DNA from: Bugula neritina
Lineage: Eukaryota; Animalia; Bryozoa
Direction: 5' to 3'
Assembly: GCA_964035545.1 (NCBI GenBank)
Contig: OZ037766.1
Location: forward strand, 21,998,767 to 22,062,766
DNA length: 64,000 bases
The notes under the pieces are model-generated. The model saw only the letters and a program-made list of their open reading frames with translations, was not told the DNA's origin and searched no databases. Positions 1-13,723 of this stretch are shown one piece after another. Made by a program: the position numbers and the translations under genes. Numbering within the stretch: position 1 is the stretch's first letter; each line of letters opens with the position of its first letter.

Positions 1-188
1 TATAATCACCCAACAACAACTTCGTGCATCTGCTATAAATTGTGTTTTTACATTATGTGTTTATTTTATATTATATTTAATTACACTTACAAACCTATAT
101 AACAACAAAGCCACTGCTATGTTTGCGTTACGTTCTACGTTATGTTTAGCATGTTGATTTTCTCAATGTAAAAATTTAAATCCACCAA

Positions 189-236
189 TATTGTGCCTGA
201 GGAGTGCCGAAGAGGCATGAAACTATTAGCACAATA
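189..236 (+). ncRNA. Minimal type I hammerhead-ribozyme motif (Penelope-like-element type), stem III apparently imperfect
   Basis: Stem I TATTGTGC(189-196)/GCACAATA(229-236); core CTGAGGA(197-203); stem II GTGCC-GAAGA-GGCAT(204-218); GAAA(219-222); CTATTA spacer ending in an NUH-type triplet UUA; overlapping AATAAA. Confidence 0.6.
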
Positions 237-351
237 AAACATCTATATGATTAAATTGCTTTTTTCTTCAATAATATAATTGCTCATTATTATACACATA
301 ATAATTTGAGCACATTTTCATCTGCTGTTTTTTTAAAAACTCACGCTACGA

Positions 352-470
352 CTATTATATATATATATTTATATATATATATATATATATTTATTTATTT
401 ATATTTATATTCATATATATACATGTATATACATACATATAGATACATATGCGCGTGTGCGTGTGTGTGC
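352..470. repeat. (TA)n / TG-CA microsatellite and low-complexity tract
   Basis: Runs of tatatata, tatttat and gtgtgtgc. Confidence 0.9.
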
Positions 471-1227
471 AACATCAGTGCTAATTTGTTAAACAGTGGG
501 TATAAAATGTGCTCAAATTATTATATAGATCGAGGTATAATAGTCAGCAGTTACACAAAATTAAGAAACAATACAATTTGTAGATGTCATTTTTTTTCAG
601 TTATTGTGCAACTTTTAGATTTCTTATATATTGCAATGTGGTAATTGCTAAATTTAATATTTAGAATTTTGAATAACCTTAAACCGCTATAAAATGTCAA
701 TCATATTGCAAAACCTAACCACATAGCAGTTAAAATGAGCTGGTTTAAACCAAAGATATGATTACATGAAGATTACACCACAAATAATTTCGATAAATTA
801 AGCCTCTGTAGTCATCTGCTTTCTGAAATTAGAGTCTAAAAATCAATAGCAAAATTTGATGACTACAAAGCAAAAGTTATAGAAATTAAAATATATTTTA
901 CAAAAATTTAGGAAAATTTTGATTCAAAATACTTGTTGTGGTTGCATTAAGTTTACCATTTAACAACTTATAGCTGATTGGTATTATAAATAATATAAAA
1001 ACAGTTAATTTTCTCATGCTTCTTATTAGGTGTAGAAATCAGGCTAAATTTATCATGTTTTAATTTTAATTTTTAAAAATTACTTTTGTATAGCTGGGAT
1101 AATATGCACATAAATAGATATTAAATAATATAACATAGTGAGCTTTATATCCACACTATTCAGTTAGCCTGCATAGCGAGGTTATTTCAGCCTGAAGGAG
1201 GGGTGATGTTGCACGCAGTCACCACAT

Positions 1228-4200
1228 TCATCCGGGCGGATTATATGCTGTAAACCTATAATCTAAATTTTTCCGTCGCCGATCCAATTCTTGTTGAAGT
1301 CTTTTTGCCTAAAACAAACATTTTGCATGTAATAATTTAAAATTTACAAACCGCCAGCTTTAAATGCGAATCACCATGACATAAGTGAAAGTTACAAACT
1401 GCTTTAATTGATTTATGGACAGAAACATGACATTTAGGAGCAGTAGTGAAGAAATTTCGATAGCCTAAGTTATTTAATTTTATTATTAAATTTTGGTTTG
1501 GTTGAAATTTTTGTGAGAACATAACTTCTTATGCTACATTTCTAATTTAGAACACAGGATTTTCTCAATTTCTCCATTACTGCCCCTACCTCAAACATGA
1601 ATATACGTAATAGATTTCTGTTTACCAAAAATGATGTTTATTTTTGTTTCGCCCTATTTTATATTGAACATCATGCCTTTTTAACTACAATGTATAAAGA
1701 ATTGACAAACAAACTGAAAGATGAGTCATCATACACAGTACAATTGGGATGAGTCACAGTATTAGTTCAACAAGTCAGCAGCTTCAGGTCCAATATAAAT
1801 ACACAACTCAAAGCTTCATTCTCAAATAACTTGACTGAAGTCTGGCAGCTATTGCTGAATGTAATCGTTTTAGAAGTAATCACTTCACTATTAGTTTTGA
1901 AGCATTCACTTAGACTGCCTGCCACCCACGTTCAAGAAGAAGAGACAGAGTTGTTGATAAACACCTTCAACAATCCTAGTGTTAGTACTTCTACAAAGTT
2001 TAGGCTAATCATAGCTTGACCTTCAAGAATTAAAGTCAAAGTAATATAAAAATTGGATGTTTAAAGAAATTGGGAAACTTGAAGCCCAAGCTATGAGTTG
2101 CTAGCATGAAAACTCTAGCCTGTTTTACCTATTTGCCTCAACTCATATAGCTTTGACTCCAATTGCAGACTGTACATTTTTGCCTGAAGATGTGTGGATA
2201 TTTATTATATGTTAGCAGAATTTGGTTTGAGTAAAACAGCATAGTTGAGTTAACTTGAATTTGCAGTTTGTTCAAATTTAGATTACATTGAAGAAATTTG
2301 AACTAATAAGTTGTATTAGCTAGCACTGTTCAAACTTCAAGTATAACAAAAAAGAAATGAAGTATTCAGCAAAAATCAAAGTAACTCATATATGTAGACA
2401 CAACTAAAGGATTAAATATTCAATTCTTTAAAAAGTGCTAGGAATTTCAGTAGCTTGTGTCAATTATCAAGCAAAATGCAATTAATGCCAAATAGTTATA
2501 TTTCCTACTACAATGTGAAAGTGGTTCAGCATGGATAACATAACTCCATATAAAAGAAACCAGCAAAATAATAGATGCGTGAGTTGAATAAGGAAGCCAG
2601 TGGGTGGAAGAATTATAAAGTGGCATCATTAAATTAAAAACTGACTTATAGAAAAAGAGTTCATATATATATATAATTTAAAACGTGCAGTAAGATGTAA
2701 AGCAGCAAAAAATAACCAAAAAAAGTTATCGATGAGCAATGTAGGTTTCAAACACTGAAATCAACTAACATTACTGAAACTGCCAAATAATGCATGACAC
2801 ATGAAACAGCTTGTCAAGCTACAAATAAAAATAGGTGCGCCATCATTGTTAGAGAACTCTACAGAAAACATTAAACACAGTGTGCACAGTTATCTACCAT
2901 AAGCAATAACACTTACAATTTCAAGTTCTTTCAGTGCAGCCTGCATTTCTTCTTGAGGATTTCCTTTAGCTTTTTTCCGCCTTGTTTTCATACCTTCCGT
3001 GTGATCTCTTATTTTGTCTTTAAGTTCTTTTTCTCGAGCTTGTCTAAAAAATTCAAAGCAGACTGAATTACTAGAGTTGTGTTCTAAGATTAAGTTCAAC
3101 TGCTTTCTAACTTTTCCGTAACAAAAATATGAATCTGAAACTGAAATCACGGTACTAAATTTGTTAAAATTACAAAACAATCTAAAACTATGAGCTGGTT
3201 AATTAAAATTGAAATTGTGGTACATTAAAACACTAACTCCCATTTCGCTAAAAAGTGTTGCATCTGGTGCTGTCTCTATAAGATAAAACTGGAAAAACTT
3301 GAAATTTACACAGACTTTCACCAACTTGTACCATATACAAGTATAATGCATTTGAAACTCCTACTATGAATATGTAGTGTATGTTATACTTTTCCTGTTC
3401 CATCAGTTTAAGAGCCTGTGGTGAAAGAACTTTCCGGATTCTTTCATGTTGCTCCTTCACTCCTTTCTTTATCCTTTCCTCGTTGGACATCATCTTTAAG
3501 TCTTCCGGTGATATGTCAAACGGGGCTTGTTTACCAGGTTCTGCATAGTCTAAAACACCACAATATATAGTATGAGGTGCCAGATGCAAAGTCTTTTATA
3601 TCACGGAGTATAGAGTCAGTAGTAGTTCTTAATATATGCAAACAACTTGCAGAAATTCATATAATGTACGTAAAACAATGATCTTTTTATAAAGTTTTTA
3701 AATACTATGTAACTTATAAGACTTTATTTATAACATTATCAAGTTCACCAATAGTTAAGTTCTTCTAAAATTTATCAATTAGAAAAAGCATGAAAATATA
3801 TGCAAACTAGTTAGTATAAATTACTGCTCGCAAAAAAATGGTAAAATGTATTAGAAATACCTTTAACAAGTGATAAATGTCTATCAATATGATTTATTGT
3901 TTATAAGTTTACTTTTTGGGAACCATAAAATGTTTATTATTTAATTATGTAGAATATTCCTTAGCCCTGGTATTTATATAATTAGTTTGATAGCAAACAT
4001 TATTTCTGTCTACTTAGAAATCAGTACCTACTATTCCACACGAAATAGAATCTAATAGATGAAGTAACCCACCTAGTACACCTCCATTCATGTACTTTTC
4101 ATAATCTTTTTGCCTCTGTAATGTTTTAGCATCTTCTCTAAATTTCTTCAACTTGTCTTCGTCCCTAAATTACAAATTTATCGCCTACATAGGCTTACTA

Positions 4201-7200
4201 ATGTAGATGAATGTGTCCTCATTTTTACTATGCTAGAGGTATGTTTACATAGTGTTACAGAAATAGCCCACATCAACTATAAATAATGACAGTATAGACA
4301 TCAGTTTTTACAGTTTTTAGCAGTTTGACCACAGCTATAAGCATACAAAGCCCTTCACAAGTTTAAGTTGTTGAGGAGTATACCTGCGTCTCTGTAATAT
4401 AGCATCTATCTTCTCATTCTTCTCTCTTAGAATAGCCTGGTGTTGTCTTTCCTTGACCTTCCTGTCTATTAGGTCAGAGGAAGGAGGTTCTGGATAGACA
4501 TTGACTTCACTCATTCGCTTAGAGTTTGTAGGTGGCAGACTAGCATGTCTATAGAACACCATCATTAGAAATATATAGAGAGCATTAGCATATTCATAGA
4601 ACACCATCATTAGAAATATATAGAGAGCACTAGTCCATTTATAGAACACAATTATTAGTAATACGTAAATGAGAAGTATAAGAAACTAATTATTATATGA
4701 TACATTTAGAGCAGAAGATATAATAATATTATTATAACATATTCAGACATATGACATTGTAAACAAGTCTTACCTATTGCATAGAAAGTTCAGCAATATG
4801 AAACATGAGTATTTTATATGCAGGTAAAATATTACAGATAAGTTGTGCAAACCATAAAATAGCATGCCTGAGCAAATGAATAAAAGTCATTTCAATAGTG
4901 GAACAGAAGGTCTATTGCACATATAATATATTCATAATGTAGAATAAAGGTAAAGAGAATAAGCATGCAGGATACAAAGTAGCTCTGCTGGGATTAGAAT
5001 GAATATAACTAATGAGTTTACAAGTTTCTGTTATATAAAGTAGAATAATACAAAAGATGATGGAGTAAGTGGTCACTTCATGTCTATCTCATTTACACCT
5101 CTGTGTAGCTACTCATAGGTGTAGATAGAATGCTAACGTGGCATTAACAAAATAAGTAGCAAGGATATTGTTGTCATAAAAAGCATGAGTATCCATTGAG
5201 TTTTCACAAACTTTATGGCAAGGCATTGCATGCAAAAGTAGTAATTAACATAATTGGTGGCTTAATGAAGCTAGAGCCAAATAAAACAAAATCATTTGTA
5301 CTAGAGAGTTGAAGTGAAAAGTTGCCAGTAATCAAGTAACTGCAGTTGTGCTAAAATATACATAGTTTGAAGGTACATAAATCAAAGTGATTAATATTGA
5401 CAAAAAATACTTTCTTTAAAATATTTCTTTCAAGAAAAATTAGATTGTGTATTTGTGAGTAGTAGTCACTTTTTGGATAAATTGTAGAGATATGGTAACA
5501 TTTTATAATAACTCGTTAGATAACTCAATTTCACAAGTAAGGCTAAACTAAACGGAATCATGAATCAACTTTTATTACAATGAATCTTACCTGCTCAGTT
5601 TGCCATATGCACCAGCCTTTTTTAACTTTTCTAGTTTATCCTTTCTTAGCTCTTGATAGCTGGTCTGTCTGTGAAGAGACACAGTTTTGCCAAAAATCTC
5701 TGATGAGTCGCTTTTAGCTGACTGCGGGCGATCTGCTATATTCTGAGAGGCCACCCGTCTTCTGCAAGAAACAATCTCTAGCTATTCAAACAACCCACAC
5801 ATAAATCTTCATCAGTTTCTATATCATATATAGTCACTAAAATAAATAAACTTCAATAGCTCAAGTTATTTAGTTTTCTTTATGGATTTTGGCATGGGGG
5901 CGTGCCACAGGTTTAGAATATAACTTTCTCCTCTCCACAGGGCTTTCTCAATTTCTCCACATTATTCTATCTATCTCCAGTGATACTGGTAATTTATATT
6001 ATAGAAGGGTGATTACATTTTAAAACCACCATTATCTATCCTGCAGGTTATGATTACAACCAATTATCAAAATGCAAAACAAAAATGTTTTGGCGAAAGT
6101 GGGATCTGACCTTCTGCAGCACTCTATCACCTAGCAATATAGACTATCTAGAACATAAAAAAGATAATAAGTTCAATAAGGAACTGCCACCCATCTATTC
6201 CAACTAAACCAAATGCATAGAGCAGAACTTAGTGTAGCATGTTGTCAGCAGGAGCGAAATTCAAGCGGCCAATTGTATTTGCCTTAATGGCTTTACAACT
6301 CAAAATATAAATTACTTCCTTTTGAAATCTCAATAATCCACAATTGATTGAAATAAAAACATAAAACTGATACCCAAAAAGTGGGCTTGGTAAATAATTA
6401 TTAGCTGATTAAATTGCTACCAAGAACTTTTTCAGCATGTTGACAGCATGAAATTCGCACAAAATAGTCTTATTTTGTCGTCTGTGCAGAAATACACTTC
6501 ATGTGGCCCTAGCTTAATCGCTAAATAGGGGGTAGAACTTTTATTATACTCTTATAGAGTTAACATCTGTAGATTGCCTATACTAAGCTATACTCCATCT
6601 TTTATACAATGTTTAGTCACTACTAAAGTTTATTGTCGGACTTAAATACAATCATTACAGTCATGGAAAAACAGTTAAAAACAGCAAAAGCATAAATTAG
6701 TCTGCAACAATTTTCAAACTGACTTCTATGCTGCTTATAGCCACAAATTTCACAAAAAAAACTTTATGTTAAAGCTAAGATGGCATTGGTTTGGGCTAAA
6801 ACTTTCATAATAACCCTCAAAGCTACAGAAGTATTTTTAAAGCAGCTTAAAATCAGTTGTAATAAAATGCCCTTTTCAACACCATATGCCCAGATTGAAA
6901 ATTTCATAATAGTTTCTCACTTGCAAACTTTTGGTTTCACATTCATGTAATTATACATGTACGTACATACATACGTGTATAAATATTTGCATATAATTAT
7001 CTCAGATTAATTCTCCCTTTTTTTCCAAACATACGTACCCTTGTTTCACAGTACGAAGAACAGCCCGCTCTTCTTCTGAACCAGAATGATTCTCTTCATT
7101 ACCATTTTTATACTCCAACCCATTTTTACCATTTAAATCTAAAATACATACATTGCAGTGTTGTGGTATGTAACCTCACCAGTCATAGTCATAGTACAAC

Positions 7201-10200
7201 TAAATGCAACTGTAGCATATAAAAGAATTTAAAATTATATACATGCTAATTCAAATACAATGGCAGGAAGATATGCTTATTTATTATTATTATTATATGT
7301 TCTACATATTTTTAAAATTGCCTGCCATTTGGCGAATTAAGCTTTTTAACAAACATATCTTAAGTTCACATTGGGCATAAGTACAAAGCACGTTAAAGGA
7401 TTGCTCTATCTTGTCTAATAAATGGCCATTTAGGTCAAACACACATAATATTGTGTTTTTCTAAGCATGCATTGACAAAAAGCATTTGACCAAAGGTAGA
7501 AAAAGTTAGTTGAAGTTGAGGGTGTAGATTGGTAACAGCCAAAACGCCGATTTTGAAATGAGCTGGGAAATGTGACGTAACAGCGCCAGCATTCCTGCTG
7601 GTCACGTGACTATACAAATGAATAACTATAGAAATATGACTGTGAGATGTGATCTTTCAGCTCGTAATTTGTATATTTATAGAAGTGCAAATGTGAATTA
7701 TCTCCATCTATAGTTTTTTGACATTTTAAATAACATGTATGTGATAACATTAGGCCATATTTTGCTTGTAAACATTAGAAAAAAGCATTGCAAAAACATG
7801 CGTTCTTTAGGATGAATGCCTGCGATCGACCTAAACTAGGTCAGATTGTGCAATATTACGGGCACACCAAAGCTGACCTATATAGCGCACTGTAACTGCT
7901 TGAGCGTTATTGGTTGATGTTGCGCTCAGCAACCTTGAATACTAGCGTTATAGTTAGCACGTGCAGCATAGTTACTGGCGTTCACACGTCACGTATTAGG
8001 CTATTCTTTTTCATGGCTGAAAATTTTACCTCCCTCAAAATTGGAATTTTGAAAAGCTGTTTTCTAGGCACATATCCCTTTGCAAAGTCACAATTGTTTG
8101 CATACACATTAGATTATAGTTCATAATTATAATGTGATTGTAATAAACTAAGATTGAGCAATCCTTTAAGGCTTCACAGTGTAGTACTGAACCTAAACAA
8201 ATTTAAATTAAACAGGGAGGTTTTAAAAACAAATAAAATGGTAAAAGTTGTGAATCATCAGTAAAGAAATTACCTGGCCCAAAGTTTCCATTAGATTTAG
8301 AAAATAGCATAGTTCTTAAATACTTGAGAATGACTGCTACCCCCTGACTGATGATCTCTTCAGATGGAAACTTTAATGGATTCCCGGACACATTCAAACC
8401 CTGCAAACTTGTGACTTGTCCTAGAAAGCACACATATAAAGCATGTTTACTAACAAAGTAATTGATAGCAGATATAGTTTCATATTATCTCCAACTACTG
8501 GTAAATAAGGACATTAATTGTTACGAATAATGTGCACATAATGCACGATATAGGTAATTGTTTTATAAATCAAAGTAAAACCACTTAAAAAAATAACCAG
8601 GACAGAATAAAATTGCCCTCATAGGTACAGCTTTGGTATTTACTTATTTTGCCCCACTTTTAGTCCCAAGTTGCCTTGAAGTAGAGCGATATCAATGTAA
8701 GGCACCATCAAATATTTGCTTTAAAACCTAGATTTGTAAATAGTTTTGAAAAAATGTTGAGCAACACCGATAGCCTGCCATTATTATTGCTGAACTCCGA
8801 ATATCAAATCAATATTTAGAAATTTAGTTTCTGTTTCTATAAAAAATCTCTAAGCAGCATAAAAATTCAAATGCTAATCCTTTTATGCAACTTCAGCAAA
8901 ACAACAAAACCGAATATCTATTTTAATCCAAAGCTGAATGCAACTTCAGGTTACTGAATGACACTAGAGCTGAGTGAATTGCTAGGAAGAATAAAACATA
9001 ACCATAAACTGACTTCCTTTATTTAGACATCTCTTTTTAGTTCCAATGCTTGCAATTTTTTTTTCAAACCAACAAACATTATAACAATTATAGTCTAACA
9101 ATTAAGACTGGTGTCCCAAAAGAATTAAAGTTTAGGTTGTAGATCTTGTCATTCCGTACAAAACCTTAGTAAACAGTTCTTCAATAACTGATAGACTGAA
9201 AAACAACCTGTGCTCTCAAAATGTGAAACTGGTTTTTAGAAAGTTTATAACACGCCAGTCACAAGCCCCTAGCAGCCCCAGACTGCTCATCCTTCTATGA
9301 TATTCTTATTAATTAAGCTGAAACTAACATTAAGGTTAAAATCATGTAAGCATTTAACATTAGTCTGCAGCTGTTGTGACATTAAAATGTATTGTCTTTA
9401 TTTGGCTGCATGATCTTAATACAGTTACATGTCTACTATTGGATTCATGGCTTTGTAAAGCTATGTATGTAGAATCAAATAAAACAAAATTATTTACACT
9501 AAATAGCTGAATTTGAAGGGCAGTATATACCCATACTTATTTGAACAACAATAAGTCACTGAGACATTTCAGTATCTATATATGTACATAATTACCGAGC
9601 TCCAAAGGTAAAGACTGTATGTTATTTCCCTGTATAAGAAGGTGTGTGAGGCACTGGTGAGATCCAATGTAAGCACTCGGTAGAGCTAACAGCTCATTGT
9701 TCCGAAGATCCAACCACTTCAGACATGGCAGCTTTTGAAAAAAATCTTCTGGTAACATTGTTAGCTGATTGCCTTGCAAATACAAGTTCTGTAACCAGAT
9801 AAAGCAACATCAATTTGTTTAATAGTTTTAAAAACATATAAAATAGCCTTTGTAAGAATATTAAGCATAAAAAACTAAAATAATAAAATAACTTAATGAA
9901 AAATAAGAAAGTGGTGAATTGACTATTCATAAGTCATAAAATTTTCAATTTTTCTGATGTTCATGCTGTAAAGTCTACGACATTTAATCTAACATGCTAC
10001 AACATGTAATTTTTGTTTAAGATTTCATAACTGAGTATATAACTATCATCAAGTCATTTAATTCACCAAGAACAAATAAATCGCCACAATTTTTTAAAAC
10101 AACATAAGTAAATGAGGTTAAAATATTATTCAAAATTAATCACACACCTGCAATAGTTCTAATTTATGACTTTAATTTTAAGCAATTGAACTATTTATCA

Positions 10201-10773
10201 ATAATAATTTTTTTACTATAATTGAAAAAGCTTTTTGCAATATTAAAACTGTGAATTACTTGGAGAGTAACAATGTATACTTTCAACTTTTGAAATTCTG
10301 AATTAAAGCTATATGAACTAAATCTTAGTTGATTAAATTTGATCATGGCAGCAAGTAATGGTCAATTAATAGACTAGTATTGCTCACCTATTTTCAACTT
10401 TATGCAAAATTATACTAAGTATTGCATGTAGCTGGTCAGTTCAATTTAGTATTATGCAACTCAATTTAAATTAAATCTTTATTTGATTCAAGTTTTTTAA
10501 AAAAAAAAACATGCCAAATTTGTATCAAGTTTATAAACCTAAAATAAATTTGATGTCACATACCTCAAGATGAGAAAGAGACAACAACTCTGAAGGTACA
10601 GAAGATAAGTTTTTCTTAGAGAGATCTAGAGAGTTAGTGCCAGACATTCCACAACTGCTGATGAGATTATAAATGTGATCATTGGCCATTCCAAGTCTTA
10701 TTTTTCTTTCCAAAGCTTCTTGCTCAATATATGATGGAGCCTTGTTTGTTTCTTGAGAGCTATGACTGCTCAT
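1228..10773 (-). CDS. LRRC27: Leucine-rich repeat protein, LRRC27-like (about 10 coding exons)
   Basis: GT-AG exons read at 10773-10564, 9788-9596, 8420-8274, 7138-7039, 5761-5591, 4548-4384, 4164-4073, 3549-3390, 3043-2917, 1308-1228. N-terminal LRRs (LDLSKKNLSSVP, LYLQGNQLTMLP, LDLRNNELLALP, LNVSGNPL), charged coiled-coil C-terminal half ending LDYRFTAYNPPG*. Orthology is inferred from architecture. Confidence 0.75.
4549..4650. repeat. 45-bp tandem duplication (about 2.2 copies) at a splice acceptor of the LRR gene
   Basis: atagaacac recurs at 4551, 4596 and 4641; explains the repeated ALYIFLMMVFY in the ORF track. Confidence 0.85.
7397..8165. mobile_element. Non-autonomous DNA transposon, Kolobok-like (TTAA TSD, AG termini), intronic
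   Basis: TTAA(7393-7396)|AGGATTGCTCTATCTT ... AAGATTGAGCAATCCT|TTAA(8166-8169); TIR matches 15/16; no transposase ORF. Confidence 0.75.
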
Positions 10774-13082
10774 GTCTAATAAATGAATAATTTACCAATT
10801 GATAATGTCTTATATAACAAATTAAAAACAATTGAATTTACAACTTAAACATGTTTTATTACTACTTCATAAAATATTTTAGGCAGCTACATCTATTATA
10901 AATTTACTACAATACTTGTAAACTATCACATTAGTAAAATGTATTGTTTTCACAATGCTTATTGAGTTATTTATAGTAATAATACTATTAATATGTGTAC
11001 AACTATATACTATATAGTATATATATGTAGCTCAGATGCATATTTTTAATCAAATTTTAGTTTAAACATGCATGTTAAAAGATATACTATGCAAAACAAA
11101 TTGAAATAGCACCTTTATAAAATTTTTACAGTTTTAACATGCCTAGAAGATAATGATCAAAAATGAAACTACCAGAGACTGTGTCATTTAAGGCTTACAC
11201 TTATATACAGGCTAAAAGTAAAAATGAAGAAATTTAATTCAATTTAAAACAAATATTATTACTAGATTAAGGATACTATGCCTGAACCTATGACTATAAA
11301 CTAAAATACTCTCATTATTAGTGTTGTTTCTATCACTTTCAGGAATATTAAAATGATTTTACAGCATTACAATAATAATAATCATAATTATAATACTAAT
11401 AGTAGTACTAACACCTATATGTATACTAAATTTAATAGTAATGCTAATACTAATACTAATACTAATAGTAATACTAGTAATATAGTAAATGTAAAAGTTT
11501 TTTTATTTCAAGTTAAAATTGTACTTGTAGAGTTGTAGTTAACTTTGAAGCCTAATTTTGACAGGGCTAGTTTTTATCTGTTTTATAATGTAAAAAAACT
11601 ATTCATTAATTTTTTTACATTTAGAATACTAAATGACATGTTGTAAGTAAAAAAAAAGTAACTAACTATCCTTTTCCTAAAATTAGTAGTCATAAATTTA
11701 GTTTAGATTGACTGAACAGTACTTGAATGGCGTTCAACCGGAAGTATAAACAATCACCATGGGGAAATTTTTATATACAAATTAAGGGTTGGTACGACTC
11801 CGCTCGTATACAAAAACGCAGTGTTTACAAACGCTATATTACTGATATAGAAAAGATAACTCTTTAATTATTCTTATCAACTGTTGGCGGCTGATGTTTG
11901 TTAGAAACTGCAACTAACTTGTGTCACAGATTATCTATAATATTATGTGAAAGCATCGATGGTCCTTGCAATGTGTAATTTTACATAGTATGCAGGATTT
12001 TTTGTGCTCTTGTACTTTTATTTCAAGAAAAATAAATCAGCTAAAATACTTGGAGCATTACTTTGCCCATATACACATTTTAGAATATATCAAATGAAAA
12101 AGTCACTTTTATTTATATTAGCTATAGATCAGTTTATTTGCTTTATATACAACACTCAGAAAATTACTTAGATAAAAAAAGAAATTTGGACTGCAAACAG
12201 CCAGAGCAAAAATGCTAAGTTCCTGTGAATTGTTGCTTTAACTGTTTCATATAATGCGTACTTGAATGATAAAGGTTGGCTTAATAATTTATTAAATGAC
12301 AAAAATAATTGTGATCTTCATGCAAATTTCATGCAAATTATAAGTGTAAAATCAAGGATATATCAAGGGAATACATGACTAATTGTATGGACTATGATAT
12401 CTCACTGATGAACTGTGCAAGTAGTTTTTGCAATGCTTTTGGATTGGCTGATTTGTTGAAAGCTAGCATGCAGAGGCCTATCCTGTTTCAATGACTATTA
12501 TAGATTGATTTCTGTTGTTGTTATTATTACCTGTATATTGTTGCAATAACTCTTCTATAATAACCATATTATGACAGAAGGTAACATCGTTTTGTATTAG
12601 TATTTTGTATGTGTATGACAATTTGTGTGTAATTTAAGCCTTGGGAGAATTACTTGACAGCTTGATGAGTTTTTTTGGCAAATTTTGCTAATTCTAGCTG
12701 CTAACAAATTAGTATATGAGCTAATGATGGGTCAAAGGTCAGTTGATTTTATATTTCAGCCAGATTGGAGTTTCACTTTAAAACTGAAAAACCCAACAAC
12801 CAAATGGTCTGAACATTCTACACTTTTCAAATAAACTAAACATGTTATAAACATTGCTATCAAGAATACCCTAGACTCTAGAGTGAGGCAAGAATGCAAT
12901 TCTCAGCAAATTTATGGATGAGAAATTGCAATAAAAATGTAATTAAGCATGAGGAATTGTAAGTTGCCTAACTATGCAATCTGAATAGATCAAACATAAT
13001 TTAGGCATATAGTAGGGGCATAATATATTAAAGTTATAATTATCATCTTACAAATAGTTTTGACTAAATATTATTTCAATAT

Positions 13083-13433
13083 TGTAGTAATTTGTGCAAT
13101 TACTGAGCGTGAGTTATTTACTTGCGTATAGTTAGCTGGTTATTCTGTTATCAATTACTAAGGTAGCTGTCGAGTAATTATATTTATTATCCACAATAAA
13201 GCATAAACCAAACATCACATCAATTATCCTATACAAGAGTCAACTACTAACACATGTTACTACTACAAGCCTCCGCTTACAACAACGTGATATAATGTTA
13301 ATAACCCGGGAAGTGTCACGTGACTCGGAAGCATATCTTCCGGAGCTGCTAATTGGTTGCTACATAAGAGTCTAAGTATTCCAAGAATAGGGAGAGGGTG
13401 ATTCCTGTATTTGTACTTGCACTACTCACTACA
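13083..13433 (-). repeat. 3' LTR (351 bp)
   Basis: Identical to 17994-18344 except T13399 vs C18310. On the - strand it contains a CCAAT box, GTCACGTGAC E-box, CCGGAAG ETS-like motif and AATAAA. Confidence 0.97.
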
Positions 13434-13444
13434 CCGTCCCCCCC
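13434..13444 (-). promoter_or_regulatory. Polypurine tract (plus-strand priming site)
   Basis: Minus strand GGGGGGGACGG immediately precedes TGTAGT of the 3' LTR. Confidence 0.85.
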
Positions 13445-13723
13445 AGCAGAAAGCCCTACTTTCTGATAACACAATAAAAAAACATAATGAAAAACCATAC
13501 AATAATCCAAAAAGGAAAATATACATAAGTAAACCCACAAAGAGTAAGAAAAGAAATAGTTAAACACGACAACGTTTACATTAGAAGACAACAGGGTGAT
13601 CGATCACACACATCTAGTCAGCTATTAAGAGAGAGGGTGCTTACCAGCACGCGGGCCAATGTCGGAGCGCTCGTCACATTCCAAACGAGTATCGCTCAAC
13701 GAAGGTGCCTACCCCAGGCATTC

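Noticed and set aside
306-644. 112-aa ORF rich in Y/I
   Set aside because: Translation of a (TA)n microsatellite with a TTG start.
11353-11538. Asn/Thr-rich ORF
   Set aside because: Product of the AAT/ACT low-complexity tract.
13349-13591. 80-aa hydrophobic ORF at the 3' end of the element as a possible env or TM peptide
   Set aside because: Arises from the U-rich 3' UTR and runs through the PPT into the LTR; no Env features.
13464-13644. Possible 3' UTR intron in the element (CTG|GTAAGC ... TTATCAG|)
   Set aside because: Plausible sites but no reading-frame constraint to support them; a U-rich UTR generates acceptor-like strings by chance.
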